Source of the DNA: Cyanobacteriota bacterium
GTDB taxonomy: Bacteria; Cyanobacteriota; Cyanobacteriia; PCC-6307; Cyanobiaceae
Length of the DNA: 64,000 bases
Assembly (NCBI GenBank): GCA_046052125.1
Contig: JBJOMY010000002.1
Location: forward strand, 1 to 64,000
Direction of reading: 5' to 3'
The position numbers and the translations under genes were made by a program. The notes beneath the pieces were generated by a model. It did no database searches and had not been told where the DNA came from. It saw only the letters and a program-made list of their open reading frames with translations. Positions 51,470 to 62,470 of this stretch are shown here, piece by piece. Each line of letters starts with the position of its first letter. Positions within the stretch are counted from its first letter, which is position 1.

Positions 51470-53628
51470 AAACCTGATGACGGAGACGACACAAACTGCC
51501 GCGCGTCTTGCGTGGTGGCCTGATAGCCATATCCGTACACACCCCCATCCACATCATCGACAATCCTCGGCGTCACGAGGATGACAAGCTCATTTTTCGA
51601 GCGTGTATTTGAAGACGATCTGAAGAACTGACCCACGAAAGGCAGATCGCCAAGAATTGGCCATTTCGTAACGGCTTGCCTGTCTTCGTCGGAAATCACA
51701 CCAGTAAGGATGAGGGTCTGCCCATCTCGCACGCGCACAGAGCCCGTATCCAACCTACGCACACGCAAGATACTGACATTGCCACATCCTTCAATTTGCT
51801 GAGGAGTGTCCGCAACAGCAGACACTGCGGGCGATAGCGAAAACGTCACAAATCCATTGTCATCAATCTTGGACACCTTGGCACCAAAGGTCAGACCAGC
51901 AGTGCCAAATTCAGGCTGACAGGTATTAGGGGCCCCGTTTTGACCAGCTTGAACCGTGTAGTCCGTAATTACCTGAGTCCCAACAGTCACAAATGATTCA
52001 TTGGCAAACGGCCTCCCGATACTTGCCGTGTTTAAGACAGCATTACCACCGCCGTCGGACGCCGCCGCAACAGCGGCGCCGCCCTGAATGGGCTCGGCAT
52101 TTTCACTCAGAATCAACGTCGGACTCGCAAGAACTTTTGTATTTTCCGACTGAATCTGAGCCCTAACTAGATCATAGAAGTTGTTCCGTGCATAAGCCTC
52201 ACCAGGATTCGCAGGGCCAGGAACGAATGGCTGATCAGAAACAGGGGGCAGACGATCATTGAAGGCGCCGACCAATCGCCCTTCCTGACTCACGATAAAG
52301 TTGTTACCATACCGAAAAGCGAAGCTATTTTTAATATCAGTATCGTTCTTCAATGTCACGTCAAGGATTCTTACCGATAGAGCAACCTGCCGCTGGCGCA
52401 GGTCGATCTGGCGCAAGTAGTTTTCGGCGACATGCACTAGCTGGGCATCGCCAACCAGAGTGATCGTCTGCAGTCTCGAGTCCGTCGTGCCAATCAAACC
52501 AAGGAGCGGTCCAGCCGCAGAGCCATAGGTTTCAGTGGAGGTGATTTTTTCTTCCCTCGTCTGCTGAGTCTGCTGAGCACCAGCCACCTGATTAGCCAAA
52601 GACTGACCAGAGCTCACCACATTGGTGATGGAAGTTACTTTCGTAATCCGAGCACCAAGACTGGCGAGATAATTGGCAGCCGAATCAGCCGACACTTGAT
52701 TCAGTCGATAGACCTTAGAGAGCTGAGCCCCGAAAGTCTTACCCAAAACAGAGGGGCCCACCATCAACATTCTCCCCTCAAGCTTTCCCTGCAAACCAGC
52801 AGCCAAGAGCACAGAATTAATAGCCCTTGAATAGGATTCACCACGAAATGCCAGGGAAACTGTGGGCTCCTGCCTAGGCGATGGATTGGAAGAGGGAGCA
52901 GACGATGGAAGCTGCGCAGCATCGTCTGCTACATAAACAAAGCCATATCCCCCCAACTGCGCCAATGCCATTAATGCATCCTTTGGGGGTGCATTACGAA
53001 GGGTCATCGTTACAGGAGGGCCATCCAAGCGAAGAAAGCTTCGATTGGATAACACCATGGTTCCAACGGCCATATCACCCAGCGGAGGCGCCACTGCACG
53101 AGGCTGGAAGGGCGGCGCATAAGCGGACTGTGGAACACTGCCAGGCTGGCGAACATTGAGCAAAGCAGCCCTAGAACTTGACGGTGCTGAAGCCTGAAAA
53201 CTGATAATCAGATTGCGACCATCCGCACTCACCACAGGACGACCAAGCGCAGCACCTGGCATGGGTACAACTTGCAATTGATAGTCACGACCAGCCCCAT
53301 CCAGATTCACCGCCTGCAAGCCGGCTTCAGGCAACGTGAGGCGCTGAGGGCCTAGCCGTAAGCCACCAGGAGTTCCAATCCGAAGATCCCCCTGCCAGGC
53401 CTGTCCATCACGGCTCTGTTGCAGTACCGGGCCGGCACCGGTGCCCTCAATCACGAGTTCAACACCTTCGGAGGAGCGTCTCAAGGTGAGCGCTACAGCT
53501 CCAGCCGGATTCGCAGAAGAACTGGCTGTGGGTGCTGGTATGGCAGCTTGGCGGGGAGCCGCGCTCAAGGGCGCCAGCGATGCGCCTGCGGCCAGCAAGG
53601 CCAGAACCAGGCCACAACGCAGCTTCAC
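51466..53628 (-). CDS. pilQ: Type IV pilus/type II secretin (PilQ-like)
   Basis: Secretin motifs VLASPTL, VRDGQTLILTG, WPILGDLPFVGQFF and ELVILVTPRI. Confidence 0.88.
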   Translation of the reverse strand: MKLRCGLVLALLAAGASLAPLSAAPRQAAIPAPTASSSANPAGAVALTLRRSSEGVELVIEGTGAGPVLQQSRDGQAWQGDLRIGTPGGLRLGPQRLTLPEAGLQAVNLDGAGRDYQLQVVPMPGAALGRPVVSADGRNLIISFQASAPSSSRAALLNVRQPGSVPQSAYAPPFQPRAVAPPLGDMAVGTMVLSNRSFLRLDGPPVTMTLRNAPPKDALMALAQLGGYGFVYVADDAAQLPSSAPSSNPSPRQEPTVSLAFRGESYSRAINSVLLAAGLQGKLEGRMLMVGPSVLGKTFGAQLSKVYRLNQVSADSAANYLASLGARITKVTSITNVVSSGQSLANQVAGAQQTQQTREEKITSTETYGSAAGPLLGLIGTTDSRLQTITLVGDAQLVHVAENYLRQIDLRQRQVALSVRILDVTLKNDTDIKNSFAFRYGNNFIVSQEGRLVGAFNDRLPPVSDQPFVPGPANPGEAYARNNFYDLVRAQIQSENTKVLASPTLILSENAEPIQGGAAVAAASDGGGNAVLNTASIGRPFANESFVTVGTQVITDYTVQAGQNGAPNTCQPEFGTAGLTFGAKVSKIDDNGFVTFSLSPAVSAVADTPQQIEGCGNVSILRVRRLDTGSVRVRDGQTLILTGVISDEDRQAVTKWPILGDLPFVGQFFRSSSNTRSKNELVILVTPRIVDDVDGGVYGYGYQATTQDARQFVSSPSSGF

Positions 53629-53687
53629 CCTTGATCTCGCGCGGTTTTGGGCGGATCGTATCGGTGAACACCAGGCGCGGCCAGGCT

Positions 53688-54374
53688 TTACGGGGTTTTG
53701 CGTGGCGGCTCCGCTTCGCTGTAGACGCTGAGAGTCAGGCGCAGGTTGGTGGTGTTAGGGGCTGCTTCGCCAGGCTTTCCAGCCTCCTTGAGCTCATGTT
53801 TAAGGCTGAGATCGCTCTGCACCACCAACAGGCTCAGCTGCTCGAGTCGACGCAGGAGGTCCAGCAATTGCGGCCCCTTCCCCCTGGCCGTCAGCAATAG
53901 CGAGGTTTTCTGCAGGCCTGGGGCCAGCAGAGGATCGGGGGGTGGAGGCGGCGGCTCGCCCTTGGCGGGTTTGGGTTTCGCGGATGCGGCCCCAGCCTCA
54001 GATGCGGACGTGGTGATCGGCTCGTAGCCATCGAGCACAACGCCGCTGCGCTGGGCTTCTGCGCTCAGCTGAGCCATGAACGTGTTGATCTCACCACTGC
54101 CAGCAATCAGACCCAGGATCTGGCGGCTGCGCCGCTCGGCCTCCTGCACGTTGTCGCCGAGCTTGAGCAATTGGGCCCGCAACAGCGGTAGGCGCTGGCG
54201 CTGCTCCTCCAGTTGCTCCAACTCCTGTTGCGCAAGCTGGAGCTGCTGCCAGCTGGGCCAGAGCGCTGCCGCCACCACACCCAAGCTCAACAGGGCGCCG
54301 GCTGCCACAGGCAACCCGAGCAGGAGCCACTCCCGCTTGGTGGGGGAAGAAGGTTTCCCCTGCAGGTTGGTCAT
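53688..54374 (-). CDS. PilO-like pilus assembly protein
   Basis: TM plus coiled coil; position between the PilN-like gene and the secretin. Confidence 0.65.
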   Translation of the reverse strand: MTNLQGKPSSPTKREWLLLGLPVAAGALLSLGVVAAALWPSWQQLQLAQQELEQLEEQRQRLPLLRAQLLKLGDNVQEAERRSRQILGLIAGSGEINTFMAQLSAEAQRSGVVLDGYEPITTSASEAGAASAKPKPAKGEPPPPPPDPLLAPGLQKTSLLLTARGKGPQLLDLLRRLEQLSLLVVQSDLSLKHELKEAGKPGEAAPNTTNLRLTLSVYSEAEPPRKTP

Positions 54375-55066
54375 GGCAGCACCCCCGCCCGCTCAAGGAT
54401 CTGCAGGCGCCGAGCCAGACCCTCAGCGCCAAGCTTCTGCAGCAGCCTCACCTGTTGATTGGGGGGCAGGGTGGCGAATGATGCAGTGAGATCCCATTCC
54501 ACCGGCGCCCCGGTCTTCGCGGGATCACGACTGAGCTTCACCACCTTCACGCCCTTGGCTTCAAACAGGGGGGATTCAGCCAACAGCAGGGTCAGGGCAT
54601 TCACCCGCCGAAACGCCTGTGGATCAGCGGCCACACCCTTGAGCTTGAGGCTGCCGCCCTGCACCTGCGCGTCGATGAGCTGAACGCCTTGCGGGGTGAT
54701 CGCTGCCAGTTGGGCGACCAGCGCCGAGCCTGAAGACACGGCCACCAACCCTTTCGCCAAACCCTCATTGCTGCGCTGGATGGTGCTGAGCTTGCGGCGC
54801 TGGACCAGCGCCCTGGCCTCGAGGGTCTGCACCTGAACCGGAATCCCCCGCAGCCCCTGCAACTGCAGCTCGAGCTGAGCCTGCCTCCATCGCAACCCAA
54901 CCCAGATCAGCAGCACCGCCACCACCAACCCACCACTGATCGACGCACCGCGCAGCAACAGCCCCCGCGCCGGAACCAATGGCTCCGCCGCCGCTGCTAA
55001 TCCGCGCTCCAGCCGCCGCTGCGGCAGCAGATCTCCATCGCTCTCCAGCCAGCTGGGGGTGCTCAT
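54371..55066 (-). CDS. PilN-like pilus assembly protein
   Basis: DLL motif, TM, coiled coil and TPQGVQL; operon position. Confidence 0.7.
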   Translation of the reverse strand: MSTPSWLESDGDLLPQRRLERGLAAAAEPLVPARGLLLRGASISGGLVVAVLLIWVGLRWRQAQLELQLQGLRGIPVQVQTLEARALVQRRKLSTIQRSNEGLAKGLVAVSSGSALVAQLAAITPQGVQLIDAQVQGGSLKLKGVAADPQAFRRVNALTLLLAESPLFEAKGVKVVKLSRDPAKTGAPVEWDLTASFATLPPNQQVRLLQKLGAEGLARRLQILERAGVLP

Positions 55067-55908
55067 CGCCTCAGCTCTGCCTCCGCCAGTCCCCATAGGG
55101 CTGGCACACCCTCAACCCGGGCTGTCCCGCTAGCGGGACAGCCCAGCGCCTCGGCACTGGCGGGATCACCACCGAGCACGATCGCGGCAGTGGGGCTGTA
55201 GCGCCGCCGCCATCGAGCCAAGGCCAGGCTCAGCTCCTCGGGATCACTGGTCGCTGGCATCAACCACTCGCCGAGCGGCTGCCCCTGATCCAGAGCCAGC
55301 AACCAACTTTGATCCGGCTCCAACTGCAGCAACACCTGCACACCCTCGCCAGCCTGAATCTGTGAACTCACCGCGCGCCAGAGGCAGATCGGCAGGGCCT
55401 CCACAGCGTCGAGCGCCACGCTGGCCTGGTTGCACACTTCAATCCAGGCTTCCAGCACACTCCGCTGCACTGCCACCACTAAGGATCGCGGCTGGTCGCC
55501 CGGTAGAGGTTCCAACAACAGATCCGCGTCCTGCAGCGACCAGGGCAACTCCAGCTCCAGTTGTTGCTGCCGCACCACCAGCTCGGGATGCTCCGGCCAG
55601 GAGGCATCAGGCCACTCGATCACGCGCCAGGCGGTGGCGGTTCGCGGCAGCACGGCTTTCACTCGGGCGCTGGCGTAGCCACGCTCCACCAATAGATCTC
55701 CGAGCAGATCTCCTAAGGCCTCAACCGCCTTGGGCTCACCATTCACACAAAGCCCTTCCGGCAGCGGTACCCGCTCCAGCCAAGCCACGCGCTCCCCATC
55801 GAGAACCATCGCCGTGAATGCCTGATCCTCGAGCTGCAGATACACGCGCCGAGGGAAGAGCCAACTCTTGAGCGGTGCCAGCTGATCCTGAAGCCCGGAG
55901 AGCACCAC
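55063..55908 (-). CDS. PilM-like (divergent) pilus assembly protein
   Basis: VPLPEGLCVNGEP...ALGDLL; first gene of the pilMNOQ-like operon. Confidence 0.6.
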   Translation of the reverse strand: MVLSGLQDQLAPLKSWLFPRRVYLQLEDQAFTAMVLDGERVAWLERVPLPEGLCVNGEPKAVEALGDLLGDLLVERGYASARVKAVLPRTATAWRVIEWPDASWPEHPELVVRQQQLELELPWSLQDADLLLEPLPGDQPRSLVVAVQRSVLEAWIEVCNQASVALDAVEALPICLWRAVSSQIQAGEGVQVLLQLEPDQSWLLALDQGQPLGEWLMPATSDPEELSLALARWRRRYSPTAAIVLGGDPASAEALGCPASGTARVEGVPALWGLAEAELRR

Positions 55909-55936
55909 CGCAGCTCAGCCGCCCACTGCCCGCAAA

Positions 55937-57097
55937 CTATCGCCAGCCCGCGCCGCTGCCCACCGCTTCACCGATGTTCCGGAAGCCGTGGCGATCGAGC
56001 TGCTGGCAGATCCCCTCAACGATCGCCGGCACCAGCTGCGGGCCCTCGTAGATCCAACCGGTGTAGAGCTGAATCAGCGAGGCCCCGGCACTGATCCTCT
56101 CCCAGGCCGACTCGGGCGAGTCAATCCCACCCACGCCGATTAACGGCAGGCCAGGCCCAGCCACCGCCCGCAGCCGGCGCAGCACCTCCAGAGCACGGCC
56201 GCGCAGCGGCGCACCGCTGAGGCCACCGGCTTCCTCCGCCAGGGTGCGGCCGGTTTGGGCGATGCGCCGCTGCTCAAAGCCGAGCCGGTTCAGGCTCGTG
56301 TTCACGGCGATCACGCCGGCCAGGCCCTCCTCGTAGGCCAGGCGGGCAATGGCATCGATCGCTTCATCCTCGAGATCAGGGGCGATCTTCACCAGCAACG
56401 GCGGGCAGGCCGGCAGCCGCCGCAGCCGCTCCACCAGGCGGCGCAGCTGGGCATCGTCCTGCAGCTCCCGAAGCCCCGGAGTGTTGGGGGAGCTCACATT
56501 GATCACGGCGTAATCCGCCAGGGGAGCGAGCAGCTCCAGGGAGGAGGCGTAATCGTCGGGCGCCTGCTCCAGCGGCGTGATCTTCGACTTGCCGAGGTTG
56601 ATCCCAAGCACCGCCGGCCGCTGGCCCGCCGGTGGCAGCGCCTGGCGCTCAAGGGTGCGGCGAGCAGCTTGAGCGCCGTTGTTGTTGAAGCCCATGCGGT
56701 TGAGCGCCGCCCGCTCGGCCGCCAGCCGGAATAGGCGTGGCTTGGGATTGCCGGGCTGGGCGTGCCAGGTGACGGTGCCCACCTCCGCAAAGCCGAAGCC
56801 AAACAAGTGCCAGATGCCGGCGGCCACGGCGTTCTTATCGAAACCGGCCGCCAGGCCCACGGGGTTGCGGAAGCGGCAACCGAACAGGGTTTGCTCGAGG
56901 CGCAGGTCGCGCACCTCCAGCTCAGCGCCAAGCCCCGCCAGGCTGCCGTTCACCAGCGGCCAGTTGCGCCGAAGCGAGGCCTGACCCAGGGCCTGCAGGG
57001 TGAGCTGGCTGAGCTGCTCGGCGTCGGCCCCCTCGTCCCGGCTCAGCAGCGGGCCGACGAAGCGTTGATACAGAGCCCCGGTGCCGGTCTCAGCCAT
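55937..57097 (-). CDS. pyrD: Quinone-dependent dihydroorotate dehydrogenase
   Basis: [30 protein letters not shown] and VKIAPDL. Confidence 0.96.
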   Translation of the reverse strand: MAETGTGALYQRFVGPLLSRDEGADAEQLSQLTLQALGQASLRRNWPLVNGSLAGLGAELEVRDLRLEQTLFGCRFRNPVGLAAGFDKNAVAAGIWHLFGFGFAEVGTVTWHAQPGNPKPRLFRLAAERAALNRMGFNNNGAQAARRTLERQALPPAGQRPAVLGINLGKSKITPLEQAPDDYASSLELLAPLADYAVINVSSPNTPGLRELQDDAQLRRLVERLRRLPACPPLLVKIAPDLEDEAIDAIARLAYEEGLAGVIAVNTSLNRLGFEQRRIAQTGRTLAEEAGGLSGAPLRGRALEVLRRLRAVAGPGLPLIGVGGIDSPESAWERISAGASLIQLYTGWIYEGPQLVPAIVEGICQQLDRHGFRNIGEAVGSGAGWR

Positions 57098-57860
57098 CCA
57101 GATTCCGCTCGGCCTCTACCGATCCTGACGCTTCCCTGGCCAAACGCCAGCGTCCATCCGCCTGGGGCAGCACCTGCCAATCCCGCCAACGCCAGGGTTC
57201 GCTGCGGGCTTCCAGGCTCTTGAGGGGCTTTTCCACCAGTTGCGCCAGTTCCGCAAGGCTGAGGCCATAGGCCCCTTCCGCCAGGCGATCGGCCAGCTCC
57301 AGGCGGGTGAGCAGCTGCTGCAGCGCCGGTGGCGCCAGATCCGGCTTGGCCGCGGGGGCGGTCTCACTCACCATTAAGCCGCCGTAGTCGCCATGGGCCA
57401 ACTGGGGCTTCTGCCCCTTGGAGTAGGCCACGGCGATGGCATCGCAGCGATCGTTATCGGGATCACCGCTGTGGCCCTTCACATAGGTGAACGGCAGGCC
57501 TGACACGCGCGCGGCATCGAGGGCTTCCCAGAGATCACGGTTGAGCACCGGGCTGCCGGAAGCCGTGCGCCAGCCCTTGCGCTTCCAACCGTTGATCCAC
57601 TTGCTGAAGCCGTCGATCAGATATTTGGAATCGGTACGGATCGTGAGGTTGGGGTCACGCGGGAGCACCGCCAGCTTCTCGAGCAGCGTCAGCGCCGCCG
57701 TGAGCTCCATGCGGTTGTTGGTGGTGTTGGGCTCGAAGCCGCCGAACTCCTGCACCGAGCCATCGCTGAAACGCAGCAGGCAGCCCCAGCCGCCGGGGCC
57801 TGGGTTGCCGCTACACGCGCCATCACAGGCAGCCGCTACCACCACTGGCTGATCAGGCAC
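57090..57860 (-). CDS. rnhA: Ribonuclease HI with C-terminal extension
   Basis: [33 protein letters not shown] and NDRCD. Confidence 0.92.
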   Translation of the reverse strand: MPDQPVVVAAACDGACSGNPGPGGWGCLLRFSDGSVQEFGGFEPNTTNNRMELTAALTLLEKLAVLPRDPNLTIRTDSKYLIDGFSKWINGWKRKGWRTASGSPVLNRDLWEALDAARVSGLPFTYVKGHSGDPDNDRCDAIAVAYSKGQKPQLAHGDYGGLMVSETAPAAKPDLAPPALQQLLTRLELADRLAEGAYGLSLAELAQLVEKPLKSLEARSEPWRWRDWQVLPQADGRWRLAREASGSVEAERNLDG

Positions 57861-57922
57861 TGGGCTTGCTCCTCCGGCTCCGGTACAACTCTCTCCTGAT
57901 GTGATGTGCAGGCGAGAGATCC

Positions 57923-58606
57923 ATGCAGCGAACCTACCTGCCACTGCTGGGGCTCGCCGCGAGCGCGGCCGCACCGGCCATCGCCGCCAGCGTGTTCAAC
58001 AGCCAACCCCTCGATCAGGCGCGCTTCGCGGTGCTGGCCCAGCCGCTCGGCAAGAGCGATTGGAAACTGCTCGTGCTCGAGCAGATCAAGCCGGAGCCCC
58101 GCTGCTGGGAGAGCCGCAGCGACGGCCTGATCGATCCGGCGCTCAACCGCTTCGACTTCACCGGGATCTGCAGCCGCTACATCGACAGCAACGGCTACTC
58201 GCTGCGGGTGGGCGATGAGGACCTGGCGAACCGCTATCGCCTGCGGCTGGAGCAGAACGGCCAGAGCGTGGTGCTCCTGGCCATGAACCCCAACGAGCCG
58301 GCGGAACTGGTGGTGGGCCGAGGGTCGATGCCCCAGCGCGACCGCGAAGCGTTTGTGGCGATCCAGCTGGAGCCGGGCTGGCGCCTGGAGCGGCGCGCCT
58401 ACGGCAGCCAGACCCTCAGCCACGTGTATTTCGCCAATGGCACCCCGCTGAGCCAGCTGGTGGCGCGGGCAAACCGCACACCGGCCACCAAAGCGCCGGT
58501 GACGGCGATCGCGCCCCCGCCCACCGGAAGCATCCGCCCGCTTCCCCCCCAGCCAAGCGGCGGCGGCGGGGCCATTGCGCTTCAGGTGATCCCCTTCAAG
58601 CCGTAG
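57923..58606 (+). CDS. DUF3747-like exported protein
   Basis: Signal peptide, EQIK..PRCW and [19 protein letters not shown]; Pro-rich tail. Confidence 0.8.
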   Translation: MQRTYLPLLGLAASAAAPAIAASVFNSQPLDQARFAVLAQPLGKSDWKLLVLEQIKPEPRCWESRSDGLIDPALNRFDFTGICSRYIDSNGYSLRVGDEDLANRYRLRLEQNGQSVVLLAMNPNEPAELVVGRGSMPQRDREAFVAIQLEPGWRLERRAYGSQTLSHVYFANGTPLSQLVARANRTPATKAPVTAIAPPPTGSIRPLPPQPSGGGGAIALQVIPFKP

Positions 58607-58668
58607 GCCAGCTGATCCAGTGGCCCAATCCCCCTTGGAGCTTTTTCCTCCTGCTGTATGTTTCTCTT

Positions 58669-58766
58669 GTGTGAGGAGTGCGGAACACCACTTCCGGGGT
58701 CGAAACGAGGACAGACTCCCAGAAGCGTTCCGAACTCAAAGCCCTGCCTTCGGCGGGGCTTTTTTG
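58669..58766 (+). ncRNA. yfr2: Yfr2-family small RNA
   Basis: 5' GUGUGAGGAGU; nested stem CGGAAC/GUUCCG, CUUC/GAAG, GGGGUC/GACUCC with a GAAAC-containing loop; own terminator; TATGTT -10-like hexamer at 58657. Confidence 0.8.
58738..58766 (+). terminator. Terminator of the Yfr2-like RNA
   Basis: aaagccctgcc-ttc-ggcggggcttt followed by a T run. Confidence 0.85.
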
Positions 58767-58785
58767 TTGGCTGCCGATCACGCAC

Positions 58786-58814
58786 AAAAAAACCGGCCCC
58801 CGCAGGAGCCGGCT
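58786..58814 (-). terminator. Terminator of the rplJL operon
   Basis: Minus strand agccggctcc-tgcg-ggggccggtt followed by a T run. Confidence 0.85.
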
Positions 58815-58860
58815 GAATAGAAGCGTGATGGCAGGCCGCCGGGGCGGCCCACCGCAGCGA

Positions 58861-59247
58861 TCACTTGATGGTGACCTTGCCGCCGGCCTCTTCAACGGCC
58901 TTCTTGAGGGTCTCGGCGTCAGCCTTGGACACGCCTTCCTTGATGGCACAAGGAGCGCCTTCCACGAGAGCCTTGGCTTCGCCCAGGCCCAGACCGGTAG
59001 CTTCGCGCACGGCCTTGAGCACCTTGATCTTGGCAGCGGCGTCGAAGCTGTCGAGCATGACGTCGAACTCGGTCTTCTCTTCAGCAGCCTCAGCAGCACC
59101 GCCAGCGGCGGGAGCGGCCATCACAACGCCAGCGGAAGCGGCGGCGGACACACCGAAAGCCTCTTCGATCTGCTTGACGAGCTCGGAAGCTTCAAGCAGG
59201 GAGAGCGACTTCAGTTGCTCGAGAATTTGGTCGGTAGTAGCAGACAT
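58861..59247 (-). CDS. rplL: 50S ribosomal protein L7/L12
   Basis: [29 protein letters not shown] and GLGLGEAK. Confidence 0.98.
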   Translation of the reverse strand: MSATTDQILEQLKSLSLLEASELVKQIEEAFGVSAAASAGVVMAAPAAGGAAEAAEEKTEFDVMLDSFDAAAKIKVLKAVREATGLGLGEAKALVEGAPCAIKEGVSKADAETLKKAVEEAGGKVTIK

Positions 59248-59309
59248 GGTTGGGAATCAGCAACAGATCTGTATGAACAGTCGGAGCGGAGAGCTCAGCA
59301 GAGCAGGCC

Positions 59310-59843
59310 TCAGTTGGCCGTGCCCTCGCCGTCGGCGTGCTGCTTGAGCGCCCGGGCAAGACCGGAGGGAACTTCGTTGATGCCCACAGCCACCTTGGTG
59401 GCCACGGCATTGATCGCACCGGCGATCTGTGCCATGAGCACCTCCTTGGAGGGCAGATCCCCGATCGCCTTGATTTCGGACTTGGAGAGGAGCTTGCCTT
59501 CGAAAAGGCCGCCCTTCGTTTCCGATTTCTTGGTGTCCTTCTGGAAGGACTGAACGGCTTTCACCGCACCACCCACGTCGCCCTTAACGAGCACGAAGGC
59601 GTTGGTGCCGGTGAGCAGGGAATCGAGTTCCGACCAAGCGCTGTTGCCATCAATGGCACGGCGCATCAAGGTGTTTTTGGTCACCTTGCACACACCGTTG
59701 CTGGCCTGCAGACGGGTCCGCAGATCAGACATCTCCTTGATGGACAGGCCCTTGTAATCAAGAACCAGCGCCATTTCGGCCTCACCGAGGAGCTGCTTGA
59801 GCTCTTCGACGATCTGTTGCTTGTTCTCCAGCGTGCGGCCCAT
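59310..59843 (-). CDS. rplJ: 50S ribosomal protein L10
   Basis: [19 protein letters not shown] and LPSKE. Confidence 0.97.
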   Translation of the reverse strand: MGRTLENKQQIVEELKQLLGEAEMALVLDYKGLSIKEMSDLRTRLQASNGVCKVTKNTLMRRAIDGNSAWSELDSLLTGTNAFVLVKGDVGGAVKAVQSFQKDTKKSETKGGLFEGKLLSKSEIKAIGDLPSKEVLMAQIAGAINAVATKVAVGINEVPSGLARALKQHADGEGTAN

Positions 59844-59965
59844 GGGAAACGGAACGGATCGGGGGAACAAGCCGGGTACGCAGCCCCAGTGCGAATGCAC
59901 TCGAGGGGCTGCGGCTTGTCATCCCCCCAACGGCGAACCGCCAGGGCAAAAACCAGTCGCGTGCA

Positions 59966-60041
59966 CCTCGGCAGGGTTTGCAACTCGCGGCACGGGATCA
60001 CCGAAGCGATCGCCAGCCTTGAACAGACCTGCTGTCTTGGG
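59966..60041 (-). promoter_or_regulatory. Ribosomal protein L10 leader
   Basis: Minus strand ccaAGACAGCAGG...CCTGCCGAGG core, located in the rplA-rplJ gap. Confidence 0.75.
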
Positions 60042-60149
60042 TAGGGCGCGTGCCCTTCTGGCCTAAGCCAGCTTGCAACCTTACAACAAGGCCCCCGCCA
60101 AGGCAGGGGCTGAGAGCCGGGAACGGAGCCCCGGCCGGAAGCACCTGGA

Positions 60150-60857
60150 TCAGGCTTCCTGCTTGATGTCCTGCAGGGCAGACACATCCACTTCCACCGA
60201 GGGGCCCATGGTGGAGGTGATGTAGAGGCTCTTCCAGTAGCGACCCTTCGCACCGCTGGGCTTGTTGCGGTCGATGGTCTCCTGCAGGGCCTTGAGGTTG
60301 TCGAGCAGCTTGGCGGCGTCGAAGCTGGCCTTACCGAAACGCACGTGCACGATGCCGGTGCGGTCGGCGCGGAATTCCAGTTTGCCGGCCTTGAACTCAC
60401 TGATGGCGCCAGCCAGATCAGTGGTGACGGTGCCAGCCTTGGGGTTCGGCATCAGACCACGGGGACCGAGCACGCGACCGAGCTTGGCCACCTTGGGCAT
60501 CATGTCGGGGGTGGCGATCAGGAGGTCGAACTCCATTTCGCCCTTGGCGATGGTCTCCACCAGATCGTCGTCACCAGCCAGATCAGCGCCGGCGGCCTTG
60601 GCTTCGGCCACCTTCTCGCCACGGGCGATCACGGCGATGCGGATGCTCTGGCCGGTGCCGTGGGGCAGCGCCACGGTGGTGCGCAGCTGCTGGTCGGTGT
60701 ACTTGGGGTCGATGCCGAGGCGGGCGTGGGCTTCGACGGTCTCGTCGAACTTGGCCGTGGCGTTGGCCTTCACCAGTTCCACCGCCTCGAGCGGGGAGTA
60801 GGTGCGGGTCTCAACCTTGCCGAAGGCGGCGGAATAACGCTTGGAAACTTTGGGCAT
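60150..60857 (-). CDS. rplA: 50S ribosomal protein L1
   Basis: [24 protein letters not shown] and TSTMGP. Confidence 0.98.
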   Translation of the reverse strand: MPKVSKRYSAAFGKVETRTYSPLEAVELVKANATAKFDETVEAHARLGIDPKYTDQQLRTTVALPHGTGQSIRIAVIARGEKVAEAKAAGADLAGDDDLVETIAKGEMEFDLLIATPDMMPKVAKLGRVLGPRGLMPNPKAGTVTTDLAGAISEFKAGKLEFRADRTGIVHVRFGKASFDAAKLLDNLKALQETIDRNKPSGAKGRYWKSLYITSTMGPSVEVDVSALQDIKQEA

Positions 60858-60954
60858 GTCGGGCGTGGGGTGCAGGCGAGCGTTGAAGCTCTCCCCCGGT
60901 AAAGAACAGAGATGGACAGGAGATCAGTGCATGGGCCTAAGCCCGCGGCTGGCC

Positions 60955-61380
60955 TCAGTCGTTCACGGCGACGCCCATGTTGCGGGCGGTGCCTTCGATG
61001 ATGCGCATGGCCGAATCAACGCTGGTGCAGTTGAGGTCGGGCAGCTTGGTCTTGGCGATCTCTTCGAGTTGCGCGCGGCTAATCGCACCCACGGAACCCT
61101 TGGAGGAGGTGGCAGCACCCTTCTCGATGCCGGCTGCTTTGGAGATCAGCACGGAAGCGGGAGGGGTCTTGGTGATGAAGGTGAAACTGCGGTCTTCAAA
61201 AACCGAGATTTCAACCGGGATCACATAGCCAGCCTTGTCCTGCGTCCGAGCGTTGTACTCCTTGCAGAACGCCATGATGTTGACGCCGTGCTGACCGAGG
61301 GCAGGGCCCACCGGCGGCGCGGGGTTGGCTTTGCCGGCCTGGAGGGCCAGCTTGATCACAGCTACAACTTTTTTTGCCAT
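60955..61380 (-). CDS. rplK: 50S ribosomal protein L11
   Basis: [18 protein letters not shown]. Confidence 0.98.
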   Translation of the reverse strand: MAKKVVAVIKLALQAGKANPAPPVGPALGQHGVNIMAFCKEYNARTQDKAGYVIPVEISVFEDRSFTFITKTPPASVLISKAAGIEKGAATSSKGSVGAISRAQLEEIAKTKLPDLNCTSVDSAMRIIEGTARNMGVAVND

Positions 61381-61498
61381 CGTCCTGGCGGCTTGAGCAA
61401 TCTGCGGATTCGCGACCCTAGGGCAGCGTGTGCGGCAGGTCCCGGAGACCGGAACACCACCTGTGGCCGCCCTCCGCAGGGAGACGGCCGCACCGAAA

Positions 61499-62170
61499 TC
61501 AGCTCTGCTTGCTGATCTGCGAGAACTCGAGTTCCACCGGGGTCTCCCGGCCGAAGATCGAGAGCAGGGCCTTGAGCTTGTTGCGCTCGCCCGACACCTC
61601 GATCACCTCGCCCTGGAAGTCCTTGAACGGACCGGCGGTCACCAGGATCTGATCGCCCTCGGTGAGGTCGACCTTCACCACAGGCTTCTTCTCGGCAGCG
61701 CGCTTGAAGATGCGATCCACCTCAGAGCGGCTGAGGGGACGGGGCTTGATGTGGCCACGGGCCTTGCCGGTGGCGCGGCGATCCTCAGCGCCCACGAAGT
61801 TGATCACGTTCGGGGTGCTGCGCACCGCCATCATCGTGTCCTCATCCAGCACCATCCGCACGAGCACGTAGCCGGGGAACACCTTCTCTTCGGTGCTGGT
61901 GCGGCTGCCGTCCTTCTTGAGCTTCACCGCCGGGGTCTGGGGGATCTCGATCTCGAGGATGCGGTTGTCCACGCCCAGGGTCACGGCGCGCTGCTCGAGC
62001 GTGGCCTTCACCTTCTTCTCGCAGCTGGAAGCCACCTGCACGGCATACCAGCGGGCGATCGGTGCACGACCCTCCAGCGCTGGTGCCGCAGGAGCTTCGG
62101 CCGTTTCAGCCAGCTCGGCAACAGCAAGATCTTCAGTGCTCAGATCAACGTCGGACACGGGCAATGGCAA
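61499..62170 (-). CDS. nusG: Transcription factor NusG
   Basis: [25 protein letters not shown] and [10 protein letters not shown]. Start uncertain. Confidence 0.96.
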   Translation of the reverse strand: MPLPVSDVDLSTEDLAVAELAETAEAPAAPALEGRAPIARWYAVQVASSCEKKVKATLEQRAVTLGVDNRILEIEIPQTPAVKLKKDGSRTSTEEKVFPGYVLVRMVLDEDTMMAVRSTPNVINFVGAEDRRATGKARGHIKPRPLSRSEVDRIFKRAAEKKPVVKVDLTEGDQILVTAGPFKDFQGEVIEVSGERNKLKALLSIFGRETPVELEFSQISKQS

Positions 62171-62185
62171 GGGGGGAGAGATAAA

Positions 62186-62398
62186 TCAGCGGAACACCTG
62201 GGCATTGGCCCAGCTGTAGAGACGATCGACGGCGGCGATGGCGAAGGCCGAGAGGGTCACCATCAGAATCACAGCCACGGACTCAGCGAACAGCTGCTGG
62301 CGGCTGGGCCACACCACCTTGCGGAGCTCGGCGACGGTGTTGCCCACGAAGCCTTCAGAGGCCGGCGGATTGGGTTGTGGCTCAGTCGGGGTTTCCAC
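62186..62398 (-). CDS. secE: Preprotein translocase SecE
   Basis: ELRKVVWPSRQQL plus TM; upstream of nusG. Confidence 0.94.
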   Translation of the reverse strand: METPTEPQPNPPASEGFVGNTVAELRKVVWPSRQQLFAESVAVILMVTLSAFAIAAVDRLYSWANAQVFR

Positions 62399-62470
62399 CG
62401 GAGTGTCCAGAAGGGGTTCGCACAGCGAATGTGCGCGCTGTTGCGCAAACAGCCACCCTACCGGATGTGA

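Noticed and set aside
58669..58679. Yfr1 gene on the minus strand
   Set aside because: The -10 element, stem and terminator polarity fit a plus-strand Yfr2. No flanking Yfr1 hairpins or guaB-trxA context.
12803..60013. HIP1 (GCGATCGC) copies
   Set aside because: Only about seven noticed by eye in 64 kb; a known cyanobacterial motif, and enrichment cannot be established without counting.
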